From Balanoglossus misakiensis (lineage: Eukaryota > Animalia > Hemichordata), in the NCBI GenBank assembly GCA_040954595.2, contig CM082587.2:6995705-7059704 (forward strand): DNA of 64,000 nt, given 5' to 3'. The notes beneath the pieces are model-generated. The model was not told the origin of the DNA, made no database searches, and was given only the letters and a program-made list of their open reading frames with translations. Position 1 is the stretch's first letter. The number at the start of each line of letters is the position of its first letter. Shown here one piece after another: positions 24,692-36,400 of this stretch. The translations under genes and the position numbers were made by a program.

Positions 24692-27600
24692 ATGGCAGCA
24701 CCGGCTTCGGACAGTCAAAGTAAGTGCATTGTGCGTGGATTTTCGGAAATCGGCTTTCATTTAATCTAGTTTATCAATTCGGGAAGCCGAGTAATGAGGT
24801 ACAGAATATATTTTTCTTATCAATATTACAAAAGAGGTCATAGATAATCATATGATCTCACATTGCCGTATTGTTTACAAACATTACATTTACAATTTAC
24901 CCCCATGCCCCAGGCCGGGGAAACTGACTAGTTCCCAACCACTATGGATCCAAATTGGTTGTACACTTTCCTTTTCTTTCTTTTTTGCAGCCAATATTTT
25001 CCGGTTTAAAGATAACTATCTGAAAGTGACCCCGGATGACTATCACGATTATCCAGACAGTCTCAGGGAAAGTAAAGTACCACTTATCATTGACAATGGT
25101 GAGAGCAGCTCATTTATGTATTTATCCTCACAAGTTCTAGCTGCAATAATTGTAGTCTTGGTGGGTTGGTTGGGTGGCAGCTGGCTGGATTGCGATCCAT
25201 CCCACACACAACCAGCCAACCCATCAACATGGACATAACATATGCAGACTTCCATCGTTTCAATTTTGTGTTGAACTTTTTGATCAACACTATTCAAATC
25301 ATCATTGTTCCTATGGAGGACACCCTGATGTACCCCACCTTGTGAATATAGTCTCCTGAGAACCTTGTACACTCCACAGGTGCCTACAATTGCAGAGTTG
25401 GCTGGGCCAGGGACAGCGCCCCGAGGCTCCACTTCAAGAACGTGATCGCCAAGCAACGCGGGAAAAAAGACGCGGACATCCAGATCGGTAACGACATCAC
25501 AAACATCGAGGTCGTCCGGTGGCTGCTGAAAACTCAGTTCGACAGGAATGTGGTGGTGCACTATGAAGCGCAGGAACTCATCTTTGATTACATCTTCTCC
25601 CACCTGGGCATCAAGACACAGGGTTGTATTGATCATCCGATTGTGCTGACAGAACCAGTGTGTAACCCTAACTATTGTAGACAATGTAGGTACTAGGTGC
25701 ATATACCCTTTTTAGCATTCTGTCCATTTTTACATTTTTCTATTCACAATAATATGGTGTGACGTGTATAAACGATGGTGTAAATCTGTCTTCTATAATG
25801 CCCGGTCAAGTATCTGATAATAACGATATTGACTGAAATAGATACAGCCTGCTTACTGCCAGTTTCATCCATATGATAGGGAAATGTCCTGTTGATAACA
25901 TATCATTGAAAATAGACATCAGCATATTTGATGATTATAAGGTTTGCTCATCATGTTTTCTTTTGCAGTGATGTCAGAATTGCTGTTTGAATGTTATCAT
26001 GTACCACAGATTGCGTATGGAATCGATAGCCTTTTCAGTTTTCAGTACAACATGTCACAGGCTGGTAAGTTAAAATCGTAGCAGTCTTGTTTGTCATCAA
26101 CAGTGAAGTTGGAGATTCTTCTCAGTGCATTAGTACCGCAGTAGCTGCTACTGTGTGGTTCCCATGAACCCTTGAATGGAATAGGGTTTAGAGATTACAC
26201 AACAGAGAGACAGTCAACATTCCAATCTTGAATATACATGTACGTCATCTCAAATTCACAGTGAATTCTGCTAGCTCGAGTCAAGCCACTTTGTAAGCAC
26301 ACTTTTATCCATTCGACTTTCTCCTTAACAGCCAGATCCACCGGAATTGTGCTGTCGTCCGGATATCAAACCACTCATGTTCTGCCCGTCATCAACGGAA
26401 GACTGGATGCCACAAACTGCAAGAGAACCAACCTGGGTGGAGCACAAGCGACCTCATTCATGCATCGTCTTCTCCAACTGAAATATCCCGCACATTTTGG
26501 TGCCATAACTTTGAGCAGGGCAGAGGTAAAATCACCTAATGTTTAATAATATCTCCAACATTTTTTTTTCTGTACAACTATTCACTCTAAAATTAACTAC
26601 AGATACTTCTGGCTGTCCATGTTACAGTACTAGTCACTGTGCACTATTGGTTAAAATGCCATGTGTAATGTATCATGTTGTACCTTGTCTGTTAACTTAT
26701 ATTTGTTATTTTAAAAGGAATTGGTAAATGAACACACCCATATGGCAGTGGATTACGCCAGTGAACTGGAAAAATGGAATTCATTAGAATATTACCATGG
26801 CAATGTACATAAAATACAGCTACCCTTTACACCAGTAAGTACTCAGCCTGTCAATCAGTGAATATGGAGAGACATCTGGGAATATGCAAATTATTGATGA
26901 CCACCTGTGTGTTAATTCAGCCACTAGATTGTCTTCAAATACTAAGAATACTGCCCTCTATGTTTCAAGCTTCCAGGGAGCACGATGTCGGCCAAAGACA
27001 AGGAAGAACGAAGACAACAGCAAATTAAAAGACTGCAAGAAATGAATGCAAAGAGAAGGGAAGCCAAGGTATTACAAATAACACCTGGTCTATAGTTGTC
27101 ACATGACCATTAGCTGTGTGCCCTCTAAGCCCATATGACGTGCCACTGACTCAACAAACTCACTCGTGACTCAAGAAAATTATCCCTTCTACTTGTATAG
27201 GGCTGACTCAGAGTACTTTTTCAGCTTAAGCTACCGAGAGCGATAGTTTGTAATGATGTTTTGTCTTGGCAGCTCACAGCAGATCAAGAAAAACTGGAGC
27301 AGTTGATGAGTATTCAGGAACTTGTTGAAGATGAAGATGAGGAGGCGTTCAATGTAAGTAATTGGGAGACAGTTTTACGTCAGAAATTGGTGTTCATTGA
27401 GTAAATTTGACTGTGAAACCTTGCTACTTGTTCATGTTTCCAAATTCCCTTTCAGAGAGCACTCGAGAAATTTGGCTACTCTTCGGCTGAAGAATGCCAG
27501 GCAGCCATCAACAAACTGAACGCATCAATCCAGAGAACACGCGAGAAGATTCTTGGCATCGAACCAAACGATGACTCAAACAGTCAAGAGGTAATTAGTA

Positions 27601-30600
27601 TTGTAAATAGTAATTGGTATTGAAATCCCAGTGGCTGCATCTTGTCTCGTTTTGGCTTCAAACTAAAATTCTCAAGAATACTGTAAAACACTTAATTTGG
27701 CGAAATACACGAGAGCCAAAATAGTGTGAAAATAAAAAGTCGCGTAAATTTTTTTGGAAGGTATCGATGCAGTGAATGAAATAAGAGAACGCGAAAATTA
27801 ATTAACTGTGGCCTCTCTCGATATCGCGAAAATTTCAACTCGCGAAAATAAAGTGTTTTACAGTATCTTGTTTTTTGCTGTGTACATGTATTGACTTGGT
27901 AATACCGCACGGTACTGTTTGTGGAAATTGGCCCCCTACAGAGGTAAATGGGGTTACTATATCATTGCATTAAAATTTCCAATTCTGACAGCCATCGAAA
28001 GAGGAACCGACGTTTGAACTGGTGGATATTCCGGATGAAGCAATAACGCTGGAACAGAAAGAGGAGAAGAGGCGACAGAAATTATTGAAGAGTGCGCACG
28101 AAGCCAGGCTGAAAGCCAAACGACTGAGAGAGGAGTTGAAAGCGCAGCAGGAGGAAGAGCAGAAAGAGATGGAGGCCAAGAGACAGCTGGATTTCGATAG
28201 CTGGTTGGCTGACATCAGGCAACAGAGACAGGTAAGGGAGTGTTCTCTGTCATCTTGTGTGTGGGGTGGTGTGTTTGTGTGTATGTGCGTGTGTCTGTGT
28301 GTGTGTGTGCGTGTGTCTGTGTGCACAGAACAGACATTTAACCCTTTCACCCCCAGTTCTCTCGTCGGAGGTCCAACCTTACCATAGAAAATAATGAGTT
28401 TGGACCGAACCATTGTGGTGAAAGGGGTAAGAGTCACTGGTTGGGGAGGAGCCCCCTCCAGCTTAGCATCTTTTTAATAGAACCCTGCAGCTGTTTGTTC
28501 ATAGACAGTAGGGACTATCTATCGTTTGATGTTAACAACCACAAGAGCTATCTTTTATCCATATAATTTATATTTTCACAGGAAGTTTTAGAGAACAGGT
28601 CACAGAGACAACAGCAGAAGACAGAACTTGCCAAGAGGAAAAGTCAGGCGTCTCAAGAAAGAATGAGAATCTTAACTCAGTTAGCTCACGAAGGACAGGG
28701 TAAGATTTAATTATGTCAAATCTGTTTGTACTGTCATCGCATGCATAATTTGTTTCCATCTTTGCAGTGTAAACAAAAGTTTTATTTCCTTTATTTTATT
28801 GTCATTCATTCATTCATTCATTCATTCATTCATTCTTTCTTTCTAGCCAAGAGTGGAAGTGGTAAAGGCAAGGAAGATACTTTTGGTCAGAACGACGAAG
28901 ACTGGAATGTGTACAAAGCAATTGTAAGTGGAACAGGTGTTCAGGGTGATATTATGCAAATGAGCCAATTAGTTCACTTTTGAGAGATTACCACTTCAAT
29001 GAAAAATTCCTACCTCTATATTTTGGTGACGTTCACAAAATACCATCAAAACTCAGTGCAAAAGTTATAACTCGCATATTGTATAAAGGACTTAATGTTT
29101 AATTTCCATGCTCTGAACATTACAGAACAAGGAAGCTGGTGACAGTGACTCGGAGGCAGAGCAGGAAAAACTGGCAGAACTGGAACAATTGCTTGCTGAA
29201 TACGATCCTGAATTTCAAAAGTAAGTAATGAATCTGTGAGAAGTAACTTTTGACTAATACACTTATTCGCATGTTTGTACACATTTGCATGACCCAATCT
29301 CTCACAGGCCACTGGTGTGAGACTTCAAAAATTCACCATAGCGTTTCGACTTTTTTTTCTGTGTGATTTGTTCGTTGTTTGTGCTGTGCTGTTTTGTGTT
29401 TGTCTTTGCAATCGGCCATGTACCAGTAAATGCAATATTTGGATCTACTGTAAAACACTTTATTTTCGCGAGTTAAATTTTTCGCGATATCGAGAGAGGC
29501 CACTGTTTCGCGAGTATTAATTTTCGCGTTCTCTTATTTCATTCACTTCATCGTTATCTTCAAAAACAATTTACGCGACTTTTTATTTTCACGCTACTTT
29601 GGCTCTCGCGTATTTGGCGAAAATTAATTGCTCGCGAAAATAAAGTGTTTTACAGTATTATTTAATGGAAGGGAATGTGAATGGGTGTGATCTTTCTTGT
29701 TATACTTTTACAGGGAGACTCCAGCCCAGCAGCAAGTGGGCATGGTGTTTGACATCGCCGAGTACTACCAACTCCACCTGGGAGTGGAACGGATCCGGGT
29801 GCCGGAATTGCTGTTCCAGCCTTCCATGATGGGAATAGAACAGGCGGGTCTGGCCGAGACACTGCAGTATGTACTGAGCAGGTACCCGCCCGACGTGCAG
29901 AATCAACTAGTACAGGTTTGTCAAAAATTCTAATTTCGAGGTATGTATTCCTGGAACATATCGAAATTCACTCCAGGAAAACCCAGGAGTTAACCACTGA
30001 TGTTTGCGGCCGGGAAACTTTTGATGAAAACACTGCATGCTCAGCCGTTGAAAATTGTATTTACTTGTTTTTGCGTTCATAGACAGTCTACTTAACTGGT
30101 GGCAACACGTTGTATCCCGAGCTGAAAACCCGATTGGAGACAGAGTTGCTGGCCATGAGACCATTCCAATCAACATTCAAAGTGTACACAGCAAGTGAGT
30201 ATAGTGGTTTGCATGTTTCAAAGAGCATTTGTGCATCTGCATATCATCTGCATCACTTACAAAATATTGAACTTATGAACTTCAGTTTATTAAACATGTC
30301 TGAAATCTGTCATCTTGAAATTTTGTCGACCAAACGAGATTGTTATCGCTCACCTAGGCAGCTATCCAGCAAAGAACAGGGCTGCAACTAAAATCAGAAG
30401 TACATATAGTTGACAGTAGCTCAAGGCGGCAGAGGTACTGGCTGTTATTTGCACCCATGGAAAGGAGGGGAATTCCATAAAATCTAACACTGCGAACATA
30501 CACGTCTTTCAGATGATGCCCTTCTGGATTCATGGTACGGAGCGCGCAACTGGGCCTTGACACCTGAATCGCGGATGTGTTACATCACCAAGGCCGAGTA

Positions 30601-30670
30601 CGACGAAAAGGGCGTCGACTATCTCAAGGAACACGCAGCATCGAACAGATACATTCCTAATCCAAAATGA
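24692..30670 (+). CDS. ACTR5: Actin-related protein 5 (INO80 complex subunit), 16 coding exons, ~721 aa
   Basis: Exons 24692-24719, 24991-25098, 25380-25685, 25969-26064, 26332-26525, 26718-26834, 26970-27068, 27273-27353, 27456-27590, 27992-28231, 28582-28699, 28847-28923, 29126-29220, 29714-29915, 30083-30194, 30513-30670 (GT-AG, phases consistent, 2166 nt). Arp5 signatures: [114 protein letters not shown]. Confidence 0.96.
27117..27250 (+). repeat. Dispersed repeat family C, copy 3 (ACTR5 intron 7)
   Basis: gccctctaagcccatatgac...ctcaacaaactcactcgtgactcaagaaaattatcc...tagggctgactcag. Confidence 0.75.
27679..27865. mobile_element. MITE (TA TSD, CTGTAAAACACTT TIRs; Tc1/mariner-like non-autonomous), copy 1
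   Basis: TA|CTGTAAAACACTT ... AAGTGTTTTACAG|TA, internal CGCGAAAAT repeats; in ACTR5 intron 9. Confidence 0.8.
28257..28323. repeat. (TG)n-rich microsatellite
   Basis: gtgtgtatgtgcgtgtgtctgtgtgtgtgtgtgcgtgtgtctgtgtg. Confidence 0.85.
28338..28430. mobile_element. Short TTAA-flanked MITE (CCCTTTCACC TIRs; piggyBac-like termini)
   Basis: ttaaccctttcacc ... ggtgaaaggggtaa; homologous copies at 44323-44414 and (partial, reversed) 13711-13750. Confidence 0.7.
28802..28833. repeat. (TCAT)n microsatellite next to the ACTR5 exon 12 acceptor
   Basis: tcattcattcatt... directly visible. Confidence 0.9.
29446..29657. mobile_element. Same MITE family, copy 2, inverted relative to copy 1
   Basis: TA|CTGTAAAACACTTTATTTTCGCGAG ... 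CTCGCGAAAATAAAGTGTTTTACAG|TA; internal gatatcgagagaggcc is the reverse complement of copy 1; ACTR5 intron 13. Confidence 0.85.
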
Positions 30671-31466
30671 CGTTGAAAAAATACGTTTTTTTTTAATTTT
30701 CGTTTGATGGGGGAAGCTTGCCTAACACTGCCATGAAAGACTGATTTCAATACATCATTGTTAATGGACTTGATGAGTTGTACTGTCTCAAAGACATGAT
30801 TCGAGGATATTTGCTAGGCAGTGTCAGATTGCTCTGTTGAAACGCAATGTTAAACAACGTGAATAATTTCACACACAGTCAAATCAACAGAATATTTTCT
30901 AGAGCACATTCCAGAATGTGGAAAAAACCTGTTTGTATTTTATGCAAGAAACTGTCATTGTATAAAATTGATATGCAATAAAGATGTCGCACAACAATGT
31001 GCTCCGTATCTTTTACTTTCATGGTTTCGTCTTTCCCAAAGAGTGAAGATGGACTCTGAGTCAGACAGTCTGTGTTAATTGACATAAATGTAGAAAAGCA
31101 GAAACTTGTTGAGGACTGGTAATAAAACATCCATTGATTGCCATATCCCATCACACATGGAGAAGACACATCATCATAGTTGAAGTCATGCATGCCCTGA
31201 GTTGTCCTGTGCAAAGCCACAATACACCCTATATTCCATACCTGCCTAATCTCCATCACTACAGCCTATATCCATACCATAAAATATGTAACACACCTAT
31301 TTGGTGGGTAAGAAAGTATATTTTTATTAAATGTATGCAACAAAGAACAATTGCTTGTAAGCTATAGAGGTGCCAAAAGCGACAAGGTCTAAAAACCGTG
31401 CTTTGACTGGTGTGGTCCAACACCATTGTTTTCAATAGAATGCTGGACCTTTAACAGGGAGGTGGT

Positions 31467-31490
31467 GGGGGGGGGGGGGGGGGGGGGGGG
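31467..31490. repeat. Poly-G tract (~24 nt)
   Basis: Directly visible; shorter poly-C tracts at ~3154-3169 and ~20345-20359. Confidence 0.9.
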
Positions 31491-32993
31491 AAGAGTTAAA
31501 CGTAAGGGAACATTTTTTTGTTTTACCTTTTTTGTTCCTATCTCTACCTTTAAACTCACTTAATTACCCTTCAAACTCTTTGCTTTCATTTCACCTTTAC
31601 TTAAATACATGTTAGTGTCCAGTCAATGACCTTTCACATGTCTCGTATATGGTTACCATCATCGCTGGAACAGAAAATTTATGTTGTATACGGTGATATA
31701 AAAATTTTAGCAGTTGATACAAACAACCATTAATGTATTGCACACTTCTACCATCACTTCTGGGCTTCTTGTTCTAGAGAAGTTGATGAATAAAAACCTA
31801 AAAAGTCGTTTGCTGTTGCTTGTATTCACATTATCCATGTATCTCTCGATTTCACGCAAAAGCATTTGAATTCGGTAGATCTGATCGTGAATGCGTCAGT
31901 TTGGACAGGACTGAATGCAATCCGGCTACACATAATTATTCCTGGATTGGACTATTATTAAAACAACACTGGATCACATCACAAATTCATTTGAGTGTCT
32001 ACATCGCTTCGTATTTCTTGGCACATTATTGGCACGAAGCTTAATCGCATTATAGATCTGGAAACAAGTCTCTGATTGCCAACCACGCAAAATGAAGTGT
32101 GATGCTTTAACTGTAACTTCTGATATCCAACAACAACAACACACTATCATTCTATTCTGTTGTGTGTTACATTGCACAGAGCTATTGCATTTTACTGCTA
32201 TTGCAAAACCTGTTGTTAAAAAATAAATGTGAAAAATGAAATCAATAAATAAAATGAGGTAAACCAACCTTGAATCATTGCAACCCGTGTCATTATTAAA
32301 AAAAAATAAACATATTTTAAAAGACAGAACATAACCTGATTCTTTGAGAGAAAAAAACATCTTGACTTGAAATTATACCGCCAATTGTTGTATTAGAGCA
32401 AAACTTCAGTTATTGCTGCTATTTTTTCCAAATAATTGAACATCTACAAGACAACTATGGTTGTAGGAAACTATGGTGGCACATCTAAACATCAAGTACA
32501 ACATAGTTAAAAATCTAATTTATACACAACTTTATATATTTTATCTTGGATACTTATATGAGATAAAGTGCTGATAATAATAATGTACACAACAGTGCAT
32601 ATGCACTGTACATAATAGAAATTCTTCCATATACTACAAGAGTTCACAATTAAGACATAATATATCAGAAACTGAGGCATTTTGATTTTATAAATTACAT
32701 AATTCTCATGTTGGTAATTTACACATGACTAGGACTCGCTTGATTTCTTGAGATCATCCATCAATATTGAAATATCTTCGATATTTCACAGGAGACATGG
32801 TGTACTGCATTCACTATGATGTGCACAGCCTAGCAACAAGGTGTTCATGGCCTACAATTATCACCCCTGTACTAATAAGCAACCTTGTCGTGTTTTAAGC
32901 TGTGTCCCAGAACTGTAAAGACGTGCGGTACATGGCTTTGAAATAAAGCTGCTCTTATGAAATTCTCAACACACATGCTGGACCTGGACTCTC

Positions 32994-33159
32994 TCACAGC
33001 CCACGGTTCGCTACATGGCTCTTCGCTGACACGCCCTCAACCGTTTCGCAAATGAGAAGCCTCATATGGTGTTGTGTAGCGAACCTTTCGCTGGCTCGCA
33101 GACCGAGCTTCGGCGAGAGGGGCTGTGAGAGAGTCTGATGCTGGACCATGGACGTCACT
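32994..33159 (-). CDS. Candidate alternative terminal exon of the stomatin-like gene (RVTSMVQHQ...HVANRGL*)
   Basis: Acceptor ttttag|A in the correct phase (AG+A=Arg); 55 codons including the stop; higher GC than flanking UTR-like DNA. Confidence 0.45.
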
Positions 33160-33414
33160 CTAAAATCTAAATGCCCCTCACCGTTTATAACCTCAGTGTC
33201 ATCAAATTTCATAGAAAGTAATCACTACAATAAAAACCGATCAGCCTCGTCTACAAAAATATTTTCTAGAGTGTTATCCTAAACATAATATCAGTGAAAA
33301 GGTATTTTATATTCTATTGTTTGGTACAAGAAATGTGATGAATACTGAAAGCCACTGGTCTGGCTCTTCCAACTGTGTGAAAATAGTCCTTTGTACCATG
33401 TGATCAGTAAAATC

Positions 33415-36400
33415 TTATTTCTTCATCAGACCACTGTGTGAAGTAAACAGAAAGAATGTTGATAGAAGATGAAGCAACTTAAACCTTTCCAGTTGGAATT
33501 TATTGAAATATACCAGAGTTTACTCTAATATACAGGGTTTTTGGCCCAAGAGGGTTAAATTTCATACGAGTCGTACCGTACCCTGAAAAAGTCAATCACC
33601 GTAAAACTTGTCCCATCCCACGCTTGACGTTAACACTTATTTGGTATATGAAGTTTCATTCAGTAGATTGTTGTCACATACTGTAAAACATTACTTTGCT
33701 GGGTTATTTGCGAAGTAGCGGGGCAATTAAAGGGTGCGTTAGCTGTAATTTTCACTGGCATTCACAATTTGATTCTTACCGGGTAGCTATAACGGTCATG
33801 CCAATGAAATGAGGTTTTAACTTACCTCAATAAATCAATGGGCAGTGGGAATATGATGGTGGAATTCTTCTCGGCAGAAATGGTATTCAAGGTTTGCAAG
33901 TAACGCAGTTGTAAGGCGGATGATGATTCGCTGATCACATCGGCAGCTTCTTTCAGGGCACGTGAGGCGTTTTGTTCACCCTCTGCAGCTATCACCTGAA
34001 TTCGATGAAAGGGGAATCATGGTGTACTGTAGTAACTGAATTATTCATGTCATGGTGAATTCATGGTTCCTGGAGGTCACTCTGTATGAGTGACAACAGA
34101 AACTATGTTGTTGGTTCACCTCATCTTTTCAGTATGAACCAGGGCCAATATATGGTATGGCAGTAGCTCAGTGCTATATTTCAAGGAGATTTTAAGGTTA
34201 ATATGTTCTCGAGGAATGACTATACAGAGACAACTGTACACAGACAGCAATGTATCATCTAATAACCAATATGACACATGACTGACTCAAACTCACGCAG
34301 GACTCAAGTAAATTATCAAAATTTATACGAATATTTAGGGCTGATGCATAGAAATTCAAGAAATTCTCAAATAACTGACTCAAAACTTTGAAAAAAATCA
34401 TGTTCGTTACTGGGCACAGACACACAGACATAGCAACACACATAGCAACAGACAGACCAGAATACATACCTTGGCTCTAGCTTCTCTAGAGGCTTCTGCC
34501 TCGGCAGCCATGGCACGTTGCAATTGTACTGGCAGACGTACATCTTTACTGTTAACACAAATCAAACAAGTACATTTAAATACTGCTGCAATGAGATCAA
34601 GCAATTGTCTCGCACATTATGTTCCAGGGTAGCATTAAATTTTATTCTTACTACCTTTAAACTCAACCTTTTTTGGCAGTAAAAGATTTGTTTGTGATGT
34701 CCGCTTCATTAGTGACATTTTAATGATGTAAACATTTTGCAAATTTAAGGCAAATGTTTAATTAACATTTGCACAATGCGCACATGAAAAAACAGACTGT
34801 TATTTCAAAGTACTTTTCTGGTACACGAGACGGAACAAGCAGACATGGCAACAAGACAGAAAGATGCAACAGAATGTACATCAGCCAAGGTCACACAGCC
34901 CATCACCCAAGGTCACAGCTGAGGGCGCTGTGTAGCCCTTGTATGGTGGCTGCCTTTACTCACATTTCCACTCGTTCCACTTTGATGCCCCAAGGGTCTG
35001 TAGCCTCATCCAAGTCAGTCTGCAAAATTGAAAAACGAATTTGCTTTATTAGACACAAGGCTAGAAGCAGGGGGGCGGGGGTGTGTTCTGTTGCGAGGGT
35101 GACGAACGGTTTGTTATCGTACCCCCAGGTACTCACATATTACAATTTGTTCCACCAGCGTCCCCCATGGGTGGAGTGGTCTCATCTGACACTTCCTACA
35201 TGTACAGGAAACAAATGCGGCAAAAAATGCCATCAGACCAGTGCATCCATCATTGTTGGAGGGCTGATTAAGGTAGTACGCACCTTGGAACATATGTTTC
35301 GGAAAAAATGAAAGTCCCCAAAACTTTTCAATGCTTTGCATCATCAGCAATATTTCAAAATATATAAACCAAGAAAAAAAAAAGATTCATCATCTTGTTT
35401 CCACAAAAGGTATTATGGTAATTTTTCTCAATTGAGTTAACATAGAGATTGGTGGCCATTTTGAATTATCAATATGAGACAATTTTGCTCTCTCATACAA
35501 TGTATAGCTGCCTTAAGCACAATGTGGGAATTTGATTGGGAGGTGCGTATTACCTTAAGTGGTAAAAACGGGGGATACCCTACGATTTTTCTTGTCTGCA
35601 AGAATACTTGTTTTACATTCACAGACATGGTCTAGGAGCGAGACTAAGCAGTATAAATGTATATATGCGTGACTGCCACACTAGATATAGTTTGCCAATT
35701 CTTTTGTTTTCAGCCAGGTTCTACAAACAATTTGCATTCCATCTCATGGAGGCGCACTTTTTAGCTACTTGCAAAAATCTCAGCTAAAATGAGAGCCAAC
35801 ACCAAGAGATGCTTTACAAACACAACCAAAGTGTGAATAAAACTTTTCTACCATATATAAGGAGAGATGAAGGGTCACAGATTTTTCAAGTTTGTAATGA
35901 AATCTGGGGGTCACCATGCTAGTTTATGTAACATAAGGCCAATTTAGCTAATAACGAAGAAAACTGCTTAGTCAGCATTTTTTCACCAATGGTTTTTCTG
36001 TGAGTAGAAATATTTGATCTCTAAAATTAAGCAAGGCGACCAAATAATTTGTATTCAAGCAATGCAGTTCACTTCTTGTAAACTACTTGAGGAAAATTTC
36101 ATGGAAATGACAATAGTAGAAGCTAGTTTTCTCGCAATTCCTATGGGTGAAGACAAATTCCATGCGCTCGTAGTGTGCGTATATGATATTGAACGTACAT
36201 ATACCTGCATTTGGTGGCTGATGGTCTCGCGGTCAGACAGGATTTCAGCCAGGTTCTTGGTTCCCAGGACATTCCGCAGATTGGTCTGCGCCAGCAGTCG
36301 GGTGGAGTGGTTGGCGTTCTCCACGTTGGCCACGGAGATGGTGGCGTTGTTGACACGGTAATAGACGACGGCATCGACGGAGATAGTCACACTGTCTTTG

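Noticed and set aside
25049-25702. 217-aa minus-strand ORF
   Set aside because: Antisense shadow of ACTR5 exons 2-3.
30412-30460. tRNA-like D-arm (GTAGCTCAAGGCGGCAGAG); similar at ~34162
   Set aside because: No TpsiC (GTTCRA) arm or acceptor stem; cannot fold a cloverleaf.
30879-31259. 126-aa minus-strand ORF downstream of stomatin
   Set aside because: UTR-like composition, no recognisable homology, overlaps the ACTR5 3' UTR region.
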